Positions 20,786 to 30,044 of a DNA stretch of 64,000 nt are shown here, in pieces. Both the position numbers and the translations under genes were made by a program. Below the pieces are notes generated by a model. That model saw only the letters and a list, made by a program, of their open reading frames with translations. It ran no database searches and was not told the origin of the DNA. The DNA is from an uncultured Pseudomonadota bacterium (GTDB taxonomy: Bacteria > Oederibacteriota > Muellerivitia > Muellerivitales > Muellerivitaceae). Every line of letters starts with the position of its first letter. The stretch's first letter is position 1. The DNA lies in contig CAVYRH010000002.1 of NCBI GenBank assembly GCA_963770835.1, positions 160,001-224,000 of the forward strand. The letters run 5' to 3'.

Positions 20786-21643
20786 TCATTGGGCCGGCGG
20801 TGCGCCTCCGGCATTTGCCGAGTTCTGGGGCTCTCGGGGTTGGACATTGACGGTCCCCAATTGCTGGATGGCGACCGAACCCCCGGTTTGAACGGCAACT
20901 GCCCCCGCAGTGTTCAACCCTTGGACCCCATTGCCGCTTGTGGCGATGTTGGAACCCGTTGACTGCCCCAAGCCGACCAGGGATCCCAGGTTCGTGATGC
21001 CAAGGGAGGAGAGGATCTGGGACACCACCAGGGACCCGATGACGCCTCCTAGGGCCGCAATCGCGGTCCCAATGACCTGGTTGAAGGCCGAAACCAAGGC
21101 GCTTTCCTGGCTGGTTGGTTGGTATCCAGGGGCGACGGTGGGCCCAGGAAGGGCCGATATCTGCCCTGAAATCGTATTGGCCTGGGCAACGTTCCCTGTC
21201 TGGATGGCCTGTGCTTCCTGCTGGTAAAGGCCCCCGATCTGTTGGAAATCCGGGTCGCTACTCCCCTGAAGCTGGACGGAATAACCCTGGAGTTCCGTGA
21301 CAGACTGGGGCGCGAAAGCCGTTCCCACCGTTTGGGAAAGTTGGGCGCTCAAGGTGGCAAGGCCGCTCATGACCTGGCTCTTCACCCAATCGGACTTCGC
21401 CGCCTGGTTGTATTGGGTGGACGTGAAGGGACAGGGTTTCCTCGTGCCCCGCGAAACAACCCCCGTTGGGACGTAACGCCTTGCCGATTCCTTGGGAAAC
21501 ACCAATTCCTTCATGAGAAAATCCCTGAACCCAACCACGTTTTGCCTTATCTCATCGTTGGTCTTGGAGTCGTCCGAAAAGGTATCGGCCGATAGGGGCT
21601 GTACGCAAAACAAGAAGATAATTGAAATCCATATACCTTTCAT
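20786..21643 (-). CDS. Secreted hypothetical protein (Gln/Gly-rich, possible VirB5-like)
   Basis: Signal peptide; translationally coupled within the T4SS operon. Confidence 0.6.
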   Translation of the reverse strand: MKGIWISIIFLFCVQPLSADTFSDDSKTNDEIRQNVVGFRDFLMKELVFPKESARRYVPTGVVSRGTRKPCPFTSTQYNQAAKSDWVKSQVMSGLATLSAQLSQTVGTAFAPQSVTELQGYSVQLQGSSDPDFQQIGGLYQQEAQAIQTGNVAQANTISGQISALPGPTVAPGYQPTSQESALVSAFNQVIGTAIAALGGVIGSLVVSQILSSLGITNLGSLVGLGQSTGSNIATSGNGVQGLNTAGAVAVQTGGSVAIQQLGTVNVQPREPQNSANAGGAPPAQ

Positions 21644-22107
21644 TCAGCCCCTCCCTTCTTGAGGGCCAGGATGAACTGGGCAACCTCAAACGGGTTTTCC
21701 ACTCCCTGGAAGGCCATCTCGAATTGCCCCCGCCTGTCGGATGCCCCGGCGGTCTTGATGAAGATGTTCCCGATTCCAAAGGGCTTCTGGAGAAGGGTTT
21801 GTTCGACTGTGACATCCACTATTTTTTCAATCGGGATGCTCCTGACCTCCCTCACCAGGATTCCCTCCCTCTGCTCGACCAAGTCCTTCTTGACGACGTA
21901 AATTGTGTTGGAGAGGGCCGCCCAAGAGAAAACAGCCAACAAGGATTCCAAGAGAATAAACAACGAGAGAACCAGCAAGGGGTCTACCCCAAGCGGTATG
22001 AGGCAAAGGAAAACCAAAGGGGCGGCAAGGACATCCAGGTAATGCGGGAAGGAAGGGTGAAGAACCTTCAGGACTTCAAATTTGATTTCGTTCAAGTTCT
22101 TTTCCAT
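21640..22107 (-). CDS. Bacterial PH-domain membrane protein
   Basis: 2 TMs then REGILVREVRSIPIEKIVDVTVEQTLLQKPFGIGNIFIKTAG (bPH_2 pattern). Confidence 0.8.
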   Translation of the reverse strand: MEKNLNEIKFEVLKVLHPSFPHYLDVLAAPLVFLCLIPLGVDPLLVLSLFILLESLLAVFSWAALSNTIYVVKKDLVEQREGILVREVRSIPIEKIVDVTVEQTLLQKPFGIGNIFIKTAGASDRRGQFEMAFQGVENPFEVAQFILALKKGGAE

Positions 22108-22116
22108 GTCAGCACC

Positions 22117-22587
22117 TCAAAAAAGCCGGACGTAGGCCGGATCGCTGTCTTCCGTCACGAAAACCGTGATTCCAAAATCGGGAAAATAGGGCCGGTTGAC
22201 CCGGATTCGAAGCTTGCGGGCTCCCGACGCCACGCCTTTCCCAAAAACCTGCCGTGTGGACTGCCGCCTCAAAATCCACCCCTGGATGGCTTGGTCGCTC
22301 GATAAGTCGAGGATGAATCCACCATCGAGTGAGGTCAGGGTGACTTCGATTTTTGCCTTGTCCGTCTCCGTCCCGAATTCAAGGGTCTGGGTTTTGAAAG
22401 GAACCGCTACCTGGGCCGTTCTTTTCCTTGTTGGCCCCGCAAACTTTGGCGGCTGGTGGTACTGGCCCAATTCCTCGATGGCCCATTGGTACCGGTCCCT
22501 GACCACGTCGAAGGGGTTATCAGTGGCCAGGACCAGCCCTGGAACAAAAAGGACTAAAGATGATATAAAGGCAGCTTTGCTGCTCAA
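22117..22587 (-). CDS. Secreted hypothetical protein
   Basis: Signal peptide; overlaps the upstream gene. Confidence 0.6.
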   Translation of the reverse strand: MSSKAAFISSLVLFVPGLVLATDNPFDVVRDRYQWAIEELGQYHQPPKFAGPTRKRTAQVAVPFKTQTLEFGTETDKAKIEVTLTSLDGGFILDLSSDQAIQGWILRRQSTRQVFGKGVASGARKLRIRVNRPYFPDFGITVFVTEDSDPAYVRLF

Positions 22588-23771
22588 AATGACACCCCCA
22601 TATCGACGGCAACAGCGGGATTGACGTAGCTGGTTGAGGAAAGCGGCAATTCCAATCCATCAGTTTCGTTTCCCTTCCCCACCGGCAGGGGTAAGGGGAA
22701 ATTTGTGTTCGAAGTATTCAAGCGGGCCAAGGTGAAGTCGTTCATCGAATTGGTTATTTGCAGATCAATGAAGATGGAACGGATTCGAATCCGAGCTTTC
22801 CCATACCAGGCCATTTGGGGTAAGCCCGCCAGGGAGGGATTGATGCCGTTCCCGCCCGTAAAGGGGTTGTTTAAGTTGGAACACAAGGGAACCTGGCTCT
22901 CAAACGTCACCTCATCCAGTGACAGGAACTCCCAGGAAAAGAGGTGTCCTATTCTTGCCCCAAAGGTGAAGGCGTTCGTGTCGAAGCTGCGGGCTGAATC
23001 CTCAACGCCATATTCGAAATAAAGCTCGTAATTCCCGGAGAGATCCGCTTTCCCGCAGATGGAATAAGACGGGTTCCCGCTTAACGATCCGTAGGTGAAG
23101 TAGTCGGAAGTACTTTCCGCCATATTGAAAAGAAGGACGGTTGTGAGGTCTTTCCCGAAATCGAGCTTCATCCGGGCCTGGCCCATGAAAAAACCCTGGG
23201 AGCCGTCCAAAACCGCGTTATCCTCAGCCAACAGGGTCGGGAAGTAAAAGAAGCTCAAGGAAGTCGGCGGGCTTGAGAGGCCCTTGTCGTCCTCCAAGCC
23301 GAAGGAGAACTTGAACGGGATATAGACCTTTATCCCGTCCAGCCTCCTTTCCCCCATCAAGGGATACCGCCCGAAAAAGCTCGTTGGGGAGACGATGCCG
23401 GACAAATCCATGCGGCCGGCCCGGGCCTCGAACCAGGGCTCGGACAGGGAGATATTCGCCTCCCTCACTTCAACCGTTTCCACCCCATCGGAAGACGAAA
23501 GGCTTTTCCCGAAACGGATGCGGCCTTCCGCCGACACGTCGTTTTCATCGATGGGGCGTACAACCGACAAATCCACCAGGGAACCGGCTTCGCCGTTTGA
23601 GTAGGCGAGGGCCACGGTCGAGCTGACTGCTCCACTCTGCGTCTCAGGGGTCAACGCCGCCGTTGGCGTGGGCATAACCATTGGAGCCGGTGTGGGTGTG
23701 GTTTTACCCATGGCGGCTGGGACGGATACCGCGACTATCAAACACAAAATAAAGAGCGTCTTCATTTTCAT
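22584..23771 (-). CDS. Putative outer-membrane beta-barrel protein
   Basis: Signal peptide, amphipathic beta-strand periodicity, VEVREA..EARAGR porin-like motif, C-terminal DMGVSF. Confidence 0.55.
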   Translation of the reverse strand: MKMKTLFILCLIVAVSVPAAMGKTTPTPAPMVMPTPTAALTPETQSGAVSSTVALAYSNGEAGSLVDLSVVRPIDENDVSAEGRIRFGKSLSSSDGVETVEVREANISLSEPWFEARAGRMDLSGIVSPTSFFGRYPLMGERRLDGIKVYIPFKFSFGLEDDKGLSSPPTSLSFFYFPTLLAEDNAVLDGSQGFFMGQARMKLDFGKDLTTVLLFNMAESTSDYFTYGSLSGNPSYSICGKADLSGNYELYFEYGVEDSARSFDTNAFTFGARIGHLFSWEFLSLDEVTFESQVPLCSNLNNPFTGGNGINPSLAGLPQMAWYGKARIRIRSIFIDLQITNSMNDFTLARLNTSNTNFPLPLPVGKGNETDGLELPLSSTSYVNPAVAVDMGVSF

Positions 23772-23777
23772 ATCCTC

Positions 23778-24854
23778 TCAATAACTGGTGTTCAATACGG
23801 TGAAGGACCCGTTCCCAACCGAGGCGCTGCCCGTTGCCCCGTTGGAACCGCATGACGCGTGGAAGGCCGGGAATCCCCCGTCGCTGTAATAGCTGCAAGA
23901 GTAGTTGCCGGGGGAAAAGGTGATGACCCCGCCCTCGGCGTTGGTGTTCCCATTCGGGGTGTCAAAATAACCGGAGGTGCAGTTGGTGGAAGGTTCGTTG
24001 ATCCACACCCTTACGGTGGCGCAGGAATTACTGCTTGAGACCGTCAAGGTTCCGTTGGCCTGTTTGACGAGGTTGCAAGAGTCATAATTGTTGAAATTAG
24101 GCTGGCTCCAGGTGACGGTCACGGTACTCGTGAAGTTTTTGGCGATGGTCTGAGGGGAACTTTCCGCTCTTGGGTAGGGAGTGGGCTCCAAGTCCAGTGC
24201 CGTCACCGAGAAGTATGCCGGCTCGTCCACGCAACCGCTCCCCGTTACCGTCACCGCCGCCGTGTCGTCCTCAAGGTAGCCAATAGTCGTTGGCCCATAT
24301 CTCGTATTCCAACCCGAGGGTAGTTGGGAAAGCTTGAGCGTCACGGGAACCAGCAGGCTTCCCTGGTTGTAGGAGAGGCCGTAAAGGAAGATTCCGCCGT
24401 TGGTGCCGCTGATGCCGCTTGGAACCGGCGGCGTCAACTGAAGGGTCGCCCCCGACGTGGTGAACTGGACTTCCTCAAACGACTGGGTAACCCCCATCGT
24501 CACCGTGGAGGGTGCATAGGGAAAAGGCGTCTGGGCCGGAATTACGAAGGTCCAGGTTCCAACTTCCAAATAAGGCGGGTTGAAGGTCGCAATTCCGGTT
24601 GTTGTGGTGGGAGCCGAAAAAGTCGTGGAGCCGGAGGGAGGTATTGCCTCAACCGTCAAACCCGCCACGCCCGCCCCCTTATCCACCACCGCGACCTGGA
24701 CAGAGCCGGTGATCCTGGCAATAGGCGTGGGCGTCGGAGAAAAGGCCGTGTCTAGGGGTGAGGAAGGACTATTGGAGTGGCACCCCACCATGATTCCAAC
24801 AATTCCAACCGGAAAGAGCATCAAAAGCACCAAGTAAACAAACGCGTTCCTCAT
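23778..24854 (-). CDS. Ser/Thr-rich beta-sandwich lipoprotein (putative adhesin)
   Basis: Lipobox-like MVGC, PTPTP linker, Cys pairs; AGGAGG RBS. Confidence 0.65.
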   Translation of the reverse strand: MRNAFVYLVLLMLFPVGIVGIMVGCHSNSPSSPLDTAFSPTPTPIARITGSVQVAVVDKGAGVAGLTVEAIPPSGSTTFSAPTTTTGIATFNPPYLEVGTWTFVIPAQTPFPYAPSTVTMGVTQSFEEVQFTTSGATLQLTPPVPSGISGTNGGIFLYGLSYNQGSLLVPVTLKLSQLPSGWNTRYGPTTIGYLEDDTAAVTVTGSGCVDEPAYFSVTALDLEPTPYPRAESSPQTIAKNFTSTVTVTWSQPNFNNYDSCNLVKQANGTLTVSSSNSCATVRVWINEPSTNCTSGYFDTPNGNTNAEGGVITFSPGNYSCSYYSDGGFPAFHASCGSNGATGSASVGNGSFTVLNTSY

Positions 24855-25373
24855 ATCGAACCTCCTATACCTTTTCTTTGAACCCGTGATTCCCCGGCGG
24901 ATTCCGCTTGAGGAACGGGGATTCAATTGTTCAAATACGCTTCCTTGCGGGCCAAGGCATCCAATATCCAGCTAGGTTCCTTTTCCTGGCCGGCTTCTCC
25001 CACGGACGGATCGGCTTTTCCAATAACGCTTGGCGAGGCAGATTGGGTTTTACGCAAGACGAAAACCAAGGTGTGTTTCTTTTTGTGCGGGGTGGCGCAA
25101 GATGAAGCGCCCTGTTTCGAGGGAGTTCCTTTTTTCTCCAGGAAGGCAATGAGGAAGACGGTGGGGGAATTCAGCCGGAGGGCGGCCGAAAGCAACCCGG
25201 ACGCCCCACGGCCGGTGAATCCCAATGCCGTAAGAACGGACCCCACCTTGAAATATACGACTCCGGCTAATACCGGCTTTTCCTGGTTCATATGGTTCAC
25301 CCAATATTCCCGTTTCACTTTTTATGGCATCGACGGGAGGCCGCAAGAAAGAATACCTTTGTATACTTCCTTG

Positions 25374-25402
25374 AACATAGAAAGCCTTTCCCTCTTAGTC
25401 AA
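25374..25402 (-). promoter_or_regulatory. Putative promoter of the T4SS operon
   Basis: TTGACT-N17-TATGTT. Confidence 0.5.
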
Positions 25403-25786
25403 TGCTCGCTGAAAAATATTTCCGGGATTTGTCAAAAACCTGGAAAGGAATGGGAAGACGCGGTGTTGTTCCGGTTTTTCTTGGGCCCCAAGGTTTCGCT
25501 TCTTGAAAGCCGAAGGGATTAAGACGGACGGCCCTAGGAAAAGTTCCAAGATTTCAAAAATATTTTTTCCGGCAGTTATGCCGCTTTTTGTGCGGCCTCT
25601 AAGTTATCCACCGTTGTTCGTCCCTAAATTCACGGGTCCACCGTTAAACGGACGGGTTATCCACAATCATCAGTTACCAGCGTTAACCGTCATTTATACG
25701 GGCCGATATTCCACGGTTTAGTGGCGCAATTTGAATTTGTTGATACAAGGAAATGAAAATTTGGGTGGGTGGGAATTCACGGAAAA

Positions 25787-26245
25787 CTAATCGTCCAGGC
25801 TTCCCTCGTACTCAAAGGAACTTTCGATCTTCTTCTCGTGCCCGCAGGAGGAACAAGCCCAGACTTCCTTGAGGGAAGTTTCAACATACGGCATATCCAC
25901 CGGGTGGATGAACTCAATATCCTGGTTGGGCGAAAAAAGCCGGTTGGAATAAAGAACCCCTCTTTCCGTTCGGGGGATGGCCCTGACCACTTCCCTCTCT
26001 TGGGTCACCTCGGTCTTGACCCGGTGAAGGGCGAAAAACTGGCCGCAGTTGGGACAGCGGGATTTGATAACTTTTTTGATACCGTAGACGATGGGGCCCA
26101 AGGTCAGGACATAAAGCGGGTTCAAGATATAAAAAACCGCCGTCCCGGCGTCAAAAACGAATTTGAGGATGTAGCCCATGATCCCTAGGGCCACAAAGGC
26201 ACCGATTGAGAGGAAAAAAGAAAAGATAAAAAAATGATGAGTCAT
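25787..26245 (-). CDS. Membrane protein with a C-terminal Zn-ribbon
   Basis: 2 TMs, then CPNC and CSSC. Confidence 0.65.
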   Translation of the reverse strand: MTHHFFIFSFFLSIGAFVALGIMGYILKFVFDAGTAVFYILNPLYVLTLGPIVYGIKKVIKSRCPNCGQFFALHRVKTEVTQEREVVRAIPRTERGVLYSNRLFSPNQDIEFIHPVDMPYVETSLKEVWACSSCGHEKKIESSFEYEGSLDD

Positions 26246-26419
26246 CAGTCACCGCCCAGCGCCACTCATTTCTTGATTCAATGCTATTACCCGAAGTAAC
26301 CAGGGTCAAGAGAGGGAATAAACGGGCAAACGATTTTATTTTTAACCGCCTCTTTTTTGACCCAACCGTCTAAGAACTATCTTTCAATCCAATTCCCGGC
26401 GGTGAGTGACGCTCATGAG

Positions 26420-27097
26420 TTACCTCACTGGTACCGGATGCGCATCAAAGGATATATTCTTTTTTGGCCGTCCTGGCTTCTTGTACGGACGCCAATCCAA
26501 GGCCGTTGGGTTGAAGGGCGCAAACCAGTAATAGGTAATAGAGCCGGGGGCCTTTAATGTCCTTGTGTATTGCAAGTAATGGTTCCGGTGCCTGAACTTT
26601 AATACTTCCATGATCCACTTGCGCCCCTTGCCCTTTCGATGGGCCCATAAAAGGAAGCTGGCTTTAATCATCTTATAAGGGAATCCGGTTTTCCAGAGAT
26701 CGTTCAGGGCCTTGCTTTGCATTAATGTTATTTTTGGTCCGAATCCCCTTTTGTTCCAGAAGCGAAAAAACCTGTGGCCGAAAGGTTCCTGGGGGTGCCT
26801 TTCCTTGATTTTTTGCCAGGTGTACCTCCAACCTATTGATTTCCCTTTCCCGAACAACTTGCAAAAGTACCAATAAACGTTGTTCCTGTGGGCATTCATT
26901 GCCTTGGCGCTTCGGGCTAGGTTTCCTTCGTGGAGGGCAAACCATGTCATGTGATGGTGGAAGCGGAATACCTCGGGAGGGTTGCCGGCTTCCCATAGGG
27001 TGTTTAGGGTTTCTAAACCCTTTCTCAAATCCTTAAGAGAGTAGACGGGTTCAAAGACTGCATCCTTTAGTTTAAAAGGTCTTTTACGGGTGGTCAT
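26420..27097 (-). CDS. Basic HTH-containing hypothetical protein (paralog of 27238-27882)
   Basis: GNLARSAKAMNAHRNNVY Fis-like HTH; C-terminal KPGRPKK AT-hook-like motif. Confidence 0.7.
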   Translation of the reverse strand: MTTRKRPFKLKDAVFEPVYSLKDLRKGLETLNTLWEAGNPPEVFRFHHHMTWFALHEGNLARSAKAMNAHRNNVYWYFCKLFGKGKSIGWRYTWQKIKERHPQEPFGHRFFRFWNKRGFGPKITLMQSKALNDLWKTGFPYKMIKASFLLWAHRKGKGRKWIMEVLKFRHRNHYLQYTRTLKAPGSITYYWFAPFNPTALDWRPYKKPGRPKKNISFDAHPVPVR

Positions 27098-27237
27098 GAT
27101 GGGGCCTAGTTTTTTTACACTCTCGGCCCTTAAAGCGGGCTAGGCATGACGAAAATTTCATAAGGCCGGAGAAACTACCCAAGAACTCAAAAAAAGAATA
27201 CCGCTCGTAACTCTCGGGCTTTGGGTGAAATATTTTT

Positions 27238-27882
27238 TCATTTTTCAATCCTCGGCCTTCCCTTCATTCCCTTAGGATACCAATCCCCTATCGAAGGATT
27301 AAGCGGTTGGAGCCATTTCCAGGCCGGGGAACCCCTTTTGACAGCGGCAAAACGAATACGGTGGAGTGTCCGCAAATTGAATCTCAGCCGTTTTATAACC
27401 TCATCCCAACCCATTCCCCTCCTGAAAGACCAAAGAACATAATGCGACCTCAAAAGTTTGTAAGGAAACCCAGTCAGCCAAAAATCCACCAGGACCCGGT
27501 TTTCGGGAATGTTCAATCGCGGGCGTCCACCAGCGAATTTATATAATTCCAAAACCATTAAAGGGAAGGGCCAGACCGGCTTCTTTTTGCATAAGGAATT
27601 CCATTTGGCCCTGAACCGGTAGGTCTTGGGCGTTCCCACCAAAGCCTTGAAGACATATAAAATTTTGTTACGGTGGAATCCAGTGATCCGGGCCATAGCA
27701 GTCACGTAGCCATTAGTCTGGGCGAACCATGTGAAGTAAAAATGGAATTTTAAATCCTTGGGGGTGAGTCCCTTCGACCAAAGCCGGTCTAAAACCTTAA
27801 AGCCGTTTCTTAAAGCCCCGCCCTTCCCTTTGCGGTTATCCATTTCGACAAAAGGGATATTGTTCCACATCCTCTTACTCAA
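27238..27882 (-). CDS. Basic HTH-containing hypothetical protein (paralog of 26420-27097)
   Basis: Shares TWFA, HRN, WxTGFPYK, PxNP and DWxP motifs and a GRP tail with its neighbour. Confidence 0.7.
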   Translation of the reverse strand: MSKRMWNNIPFVEMDNRKGKGGALRNGFKVLDRLWSKGLTPKDLKFHFYFTWFAQTNGYVTAMARITGFHRNKILYVFKALVGTPKTYRFRAKWNSLCKKKPVWPFPLMVLELYKFAGGRPRLNIPENRVLVDFWLTGFPYKLLRSHYVLWSFRRGMGWDEVIKRLRFNLRTLHRIRFAAVKRGSPAWKWLQPLNPSIGDWYPKGMKGRPRIEK

Positions 27883-27885
27883 AAC

Positions 27886-28212
27886 TTATTCCCCCTTATA
27901 CTCGATTCCGATATTTTTAAAATAATTGACGATCCGGCGCTTCATCAGATTCAACTCAAGGGGGTTCGGCCCCCTTCCCAAAACGCCGTAAACTTCCAAA
28001 CTGGCCATCCGGAAAAGTTCACAGAAGGTGTATTCCACCCATTGCCGTTTTCCATCCCCGTCCAGGTCGTCGTAATCGCGTTGAAGGCTTTCCGGGCAAG
28101 GAATCTCCTCGAGGATTTCCAATGATAAATAACCATTCATGAACCTGGCTACCCGCTCGATATCGGATGTTTTCTTGTCCTTCGGGTTGTAGGGGGCTGG
28201 GACTTCCGACAT
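27886..28212 (-). CDS. Hypothetical protein
   Basis: 108-aa ORF with GGAGG RBS. Confidence 0.6.
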   Translation of the reverse strand: MSEVPAPYNPKDKKTSDIERVARFMNGYLSLEILEEIPCPESLQRDYDDLDGDGKRQWVEYTFCELFRMASLEVYGVLGRGPNPLELNLMKRRIVNYFKNIGIEYKGE

Positions 28213-28258
28213 TAAACCTCCACCAAGTAAGTATTTTGATATTTTAACCTATCCAAAT

Positions 28259-28290
28259 AAAAAAAGGGTTAGCCCTCGGAGCTAACCCCA
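28259..28290 (-). terminator. Intrinsic terminator ending the leading-region operon
   Basis: GGGTTAGC..GCTAACCC followed by a T tract on the minus strand. Confidence 0.7.
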
Positions 28291-28367
28291 ATTCCCAACA
28301 GTTTCAATTTCCAATCCCTCAACGCCGCCACCTTTGGTCACAAAGGACACACCGGCAAAGGTGGCGG

Positions 28368-28916
28368 TTAACTCCCTTGTTTACACCGGCAAGGCATGAT
28401 GACCCCATAATTCCTCTGGTTGCCCTCGCCCTTGTTATTGGTGACTCGGATTGCCTCAAAAGTTATCAAGTTTCCCTTCCCGTCAAGGGGAAGGTGAAGC
28501 TTGACGCTCCCCTCATACCCTATGGCCCGGGCCAGACGGAATAGGAGCCCTGGGTCCAGGGCCAGGACTGACTCCCGGCGCTCCCCCGGTACGACGTTCT
28601 GCCATTTGGGGAACTCGCAATCCTTCAAGGGTCGCTCCGCCTTTAGAAGGCCTTCCTTCCGGTGTTGCCCTTCCAAGTCCCCGTTGGCCGACAGGTATAC
28701 CGCATTTCCACATGAGGTGGTCCCTGCCCTCAACCGTTTCAAAAAGGAACCCGAAATATACCCTGGCGTGTCGTTCTGACCCCCATCCACAGGTATCACC
28801 GCCAGAATGTTTCCATCGGTCGCGACAACCTCCTTTCCCGTGAAATAAGGCTCCGATAAGGCCTCTTTATCCGGCGAGGCCGCAAATTCGATTTTGCAGT
28901 CGTTTTGAATGATCAT
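28368..28916 (-). CDS. Beta-clamp-like domain protein
   Basis: VVATDGNILAV, FPKWQNVVP, ALDPGLL, GVIMP; pattern typical of mobile-element DnaN-like domains. Confidence 0.65.
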   Translation of the reverse strand: MIIQNDCKIEFAASPDKEALSEPYFTGKEVVATDGNILAVIPVDGGQNDTPGYISGSFLKRLRAGTTSCGNAVYLSANGDLEGQHRKEGLLKAERPLKDCEFPKWQNVVPGERRESVLALDPGLLFRLARAIGYEGSVKLHLPLDGKGNLITFEAIRVTNNKGEGNQRNYGVIMPCRCKQGS

Positions 28917-29236
28917 TTTTCCGTTCCTTTCCGTTCCATTTCGAATTCCTTAATTTTTGAATCCAGGCATTCCAACAAAGCCCCGCAAACATCCCAGCCC
29001 CTGGCCTCACTCAAACCCGTGAAGCTGAAATCCCCCCTGTCCAGATCGACCTCCCCGAAAGCTTCCTCGGTTTTATCCCAAAAGTAGTTTTTCAACTGTT
29101 CTAATAAGACCCCTATCCCCCGCTTGCGGATGAGGTAAGCCAACACGCCGTAAACGTCGGCTTCCTTGAGCCTTAACGGCTTCAACCTCCTTTCCATGCG
29201 TTTTTCCAGTTCCCGGAGTTTCTTCTGCGTTTCCAT
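28913..29236 (-). CDS. Hypothetical protein
   Basis: METQKKLRELEK..., RBS GGAGG, coupled to the next gene. Confidence 0.55.
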   Translation of the reverse strand: METQKKLRELEKRMERRLKPLRLKEADVYGVLAYLIRKRGIGVLLEQLKNYFWDKTEEAFGEVDLDRGDFSFTGLSEARGWDVCGALLECLDSKIKEFEMERKGTEK

Positions 29237-29723
29237 GGTTCCCTCCCCTTTTCGATTGAACAACATTCCTGAAAATCCGCCTGGTGTTCTTCGGGGAAAA
29301 TTCAGCTTCCCCCCAAATGCCGACATAAGCAGGTTCGTAATTCTTCTTCCCTTCGCCGTTATCTTGTAAAACCCGCTTGATCTCCCCCCGCTTACCCCCC
29401 TCGGTGTCGTAGTCCACCAGTGCCACCCGGATGCAGGGTTTATTGGCAAGGATGGACTGAACGTTGCCGCCTTCCAGCACAAGGACGATCCGGGTGGGTT
29501 CCTGGTTCACGCTCACCAGGGAAAACAGGAGAAAGGCCAACCTCTCAGCCTCCACCTTTGAAATCCTCAAGGAAATAGGTTCAGTCTTTCCCGGCTTTTT
29601 GGACAAAACCGAAAGGTTGATCTCTCCTCTCACGTTCTTGAAAAGCTCCACCTTGCGGGGTACGAAGTAACCGTTCCTCCCCCGCGCCCACCCAATTCCG
29701 TTTAAATTTATTTCCTTTACCAT
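29073..29723 (-). CDS. Hypothetical protein (3' end uncertain)
   Basis: AGGAG RBS; IVLVLEGGNVQSILA..VALVDYD motif; ORF reads through the next RBS. Confidence 0.5.
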   Translation of the reverse strand: MVKEINLNGIGWARGRNGYFVPRKVELFKNVRGEINLSVLSKKPGKTEPISLRISKVEAERLAFLLFSLVSVNQEPTRIVLVLEGGNVQSILANKPCIRVALVDYDTEGGKRGEIKRVLQDNGEGKKNYEPAYVGIWGEAEFSPKNTRRIFRNVVQSKRGGNHGNAEETPGTGKTHGKEVEAVKAQGSRRLRRVGLPHPQAGDRGLIRTVEKLLLG

Positions 29724-29768
29724 TTTCTTACTCCTTCCAGAGGCGCCCGCTTTACAAGCGTCCCTTAT

Positions 29769-30005
29769 TTAGTCCGGCTTACAACCCGCGCCGGGCATAA
29801 GCCCGACAACTTCGATCACCTGGGCCACACGTGGGAAAATCTCGTTGAAACGAACCGGGCTCGCCCAATGAACCGGCTGGTTTGAGTCCGTTGGGTCCCA
29901 CACCACGAACATGGCCGCCCTCATGCCAACCGCCGCCGTCCTTGCCTCCTCCCGGACGGCCTCGTAAACCTCCGGCCAAAGCTCCCTTGCGATTTCCTTA
30001 GTCAT
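29769..30005 (-). CDS. Hypothetical protein
   Basis: 78-aa ORF with AGGAG RBS in the leading-region operon. Confidence 0.5.
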   Translation of the reverse strand: MTKEIARELWPEVYEAVREEARTAAVGMRAAMFVVWDPTDSNQPVHWASPVRFNEIFPRVAQVIEVVGLMPGAGCKPD

Positions 30006-30044
30006 GCTCTTTCCTCCTTTCCTAAAGAATCCGGCCCATGCTGT

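Noticed and set aside
20747..24865. Identical GGAGGTTCGATATG at two T4SS gene starts
   Set aside because: Mostly RBS plus start codon; too short to imply regulation
24923..25346. ORFs or a c-di-GMP riboswitch in the long T4SS leader
   Set aside because: Overlapping ORFs without a clear RBS or motif; the GAAA stem near 25110-25127 lacks the c-di-GMP-I consensus
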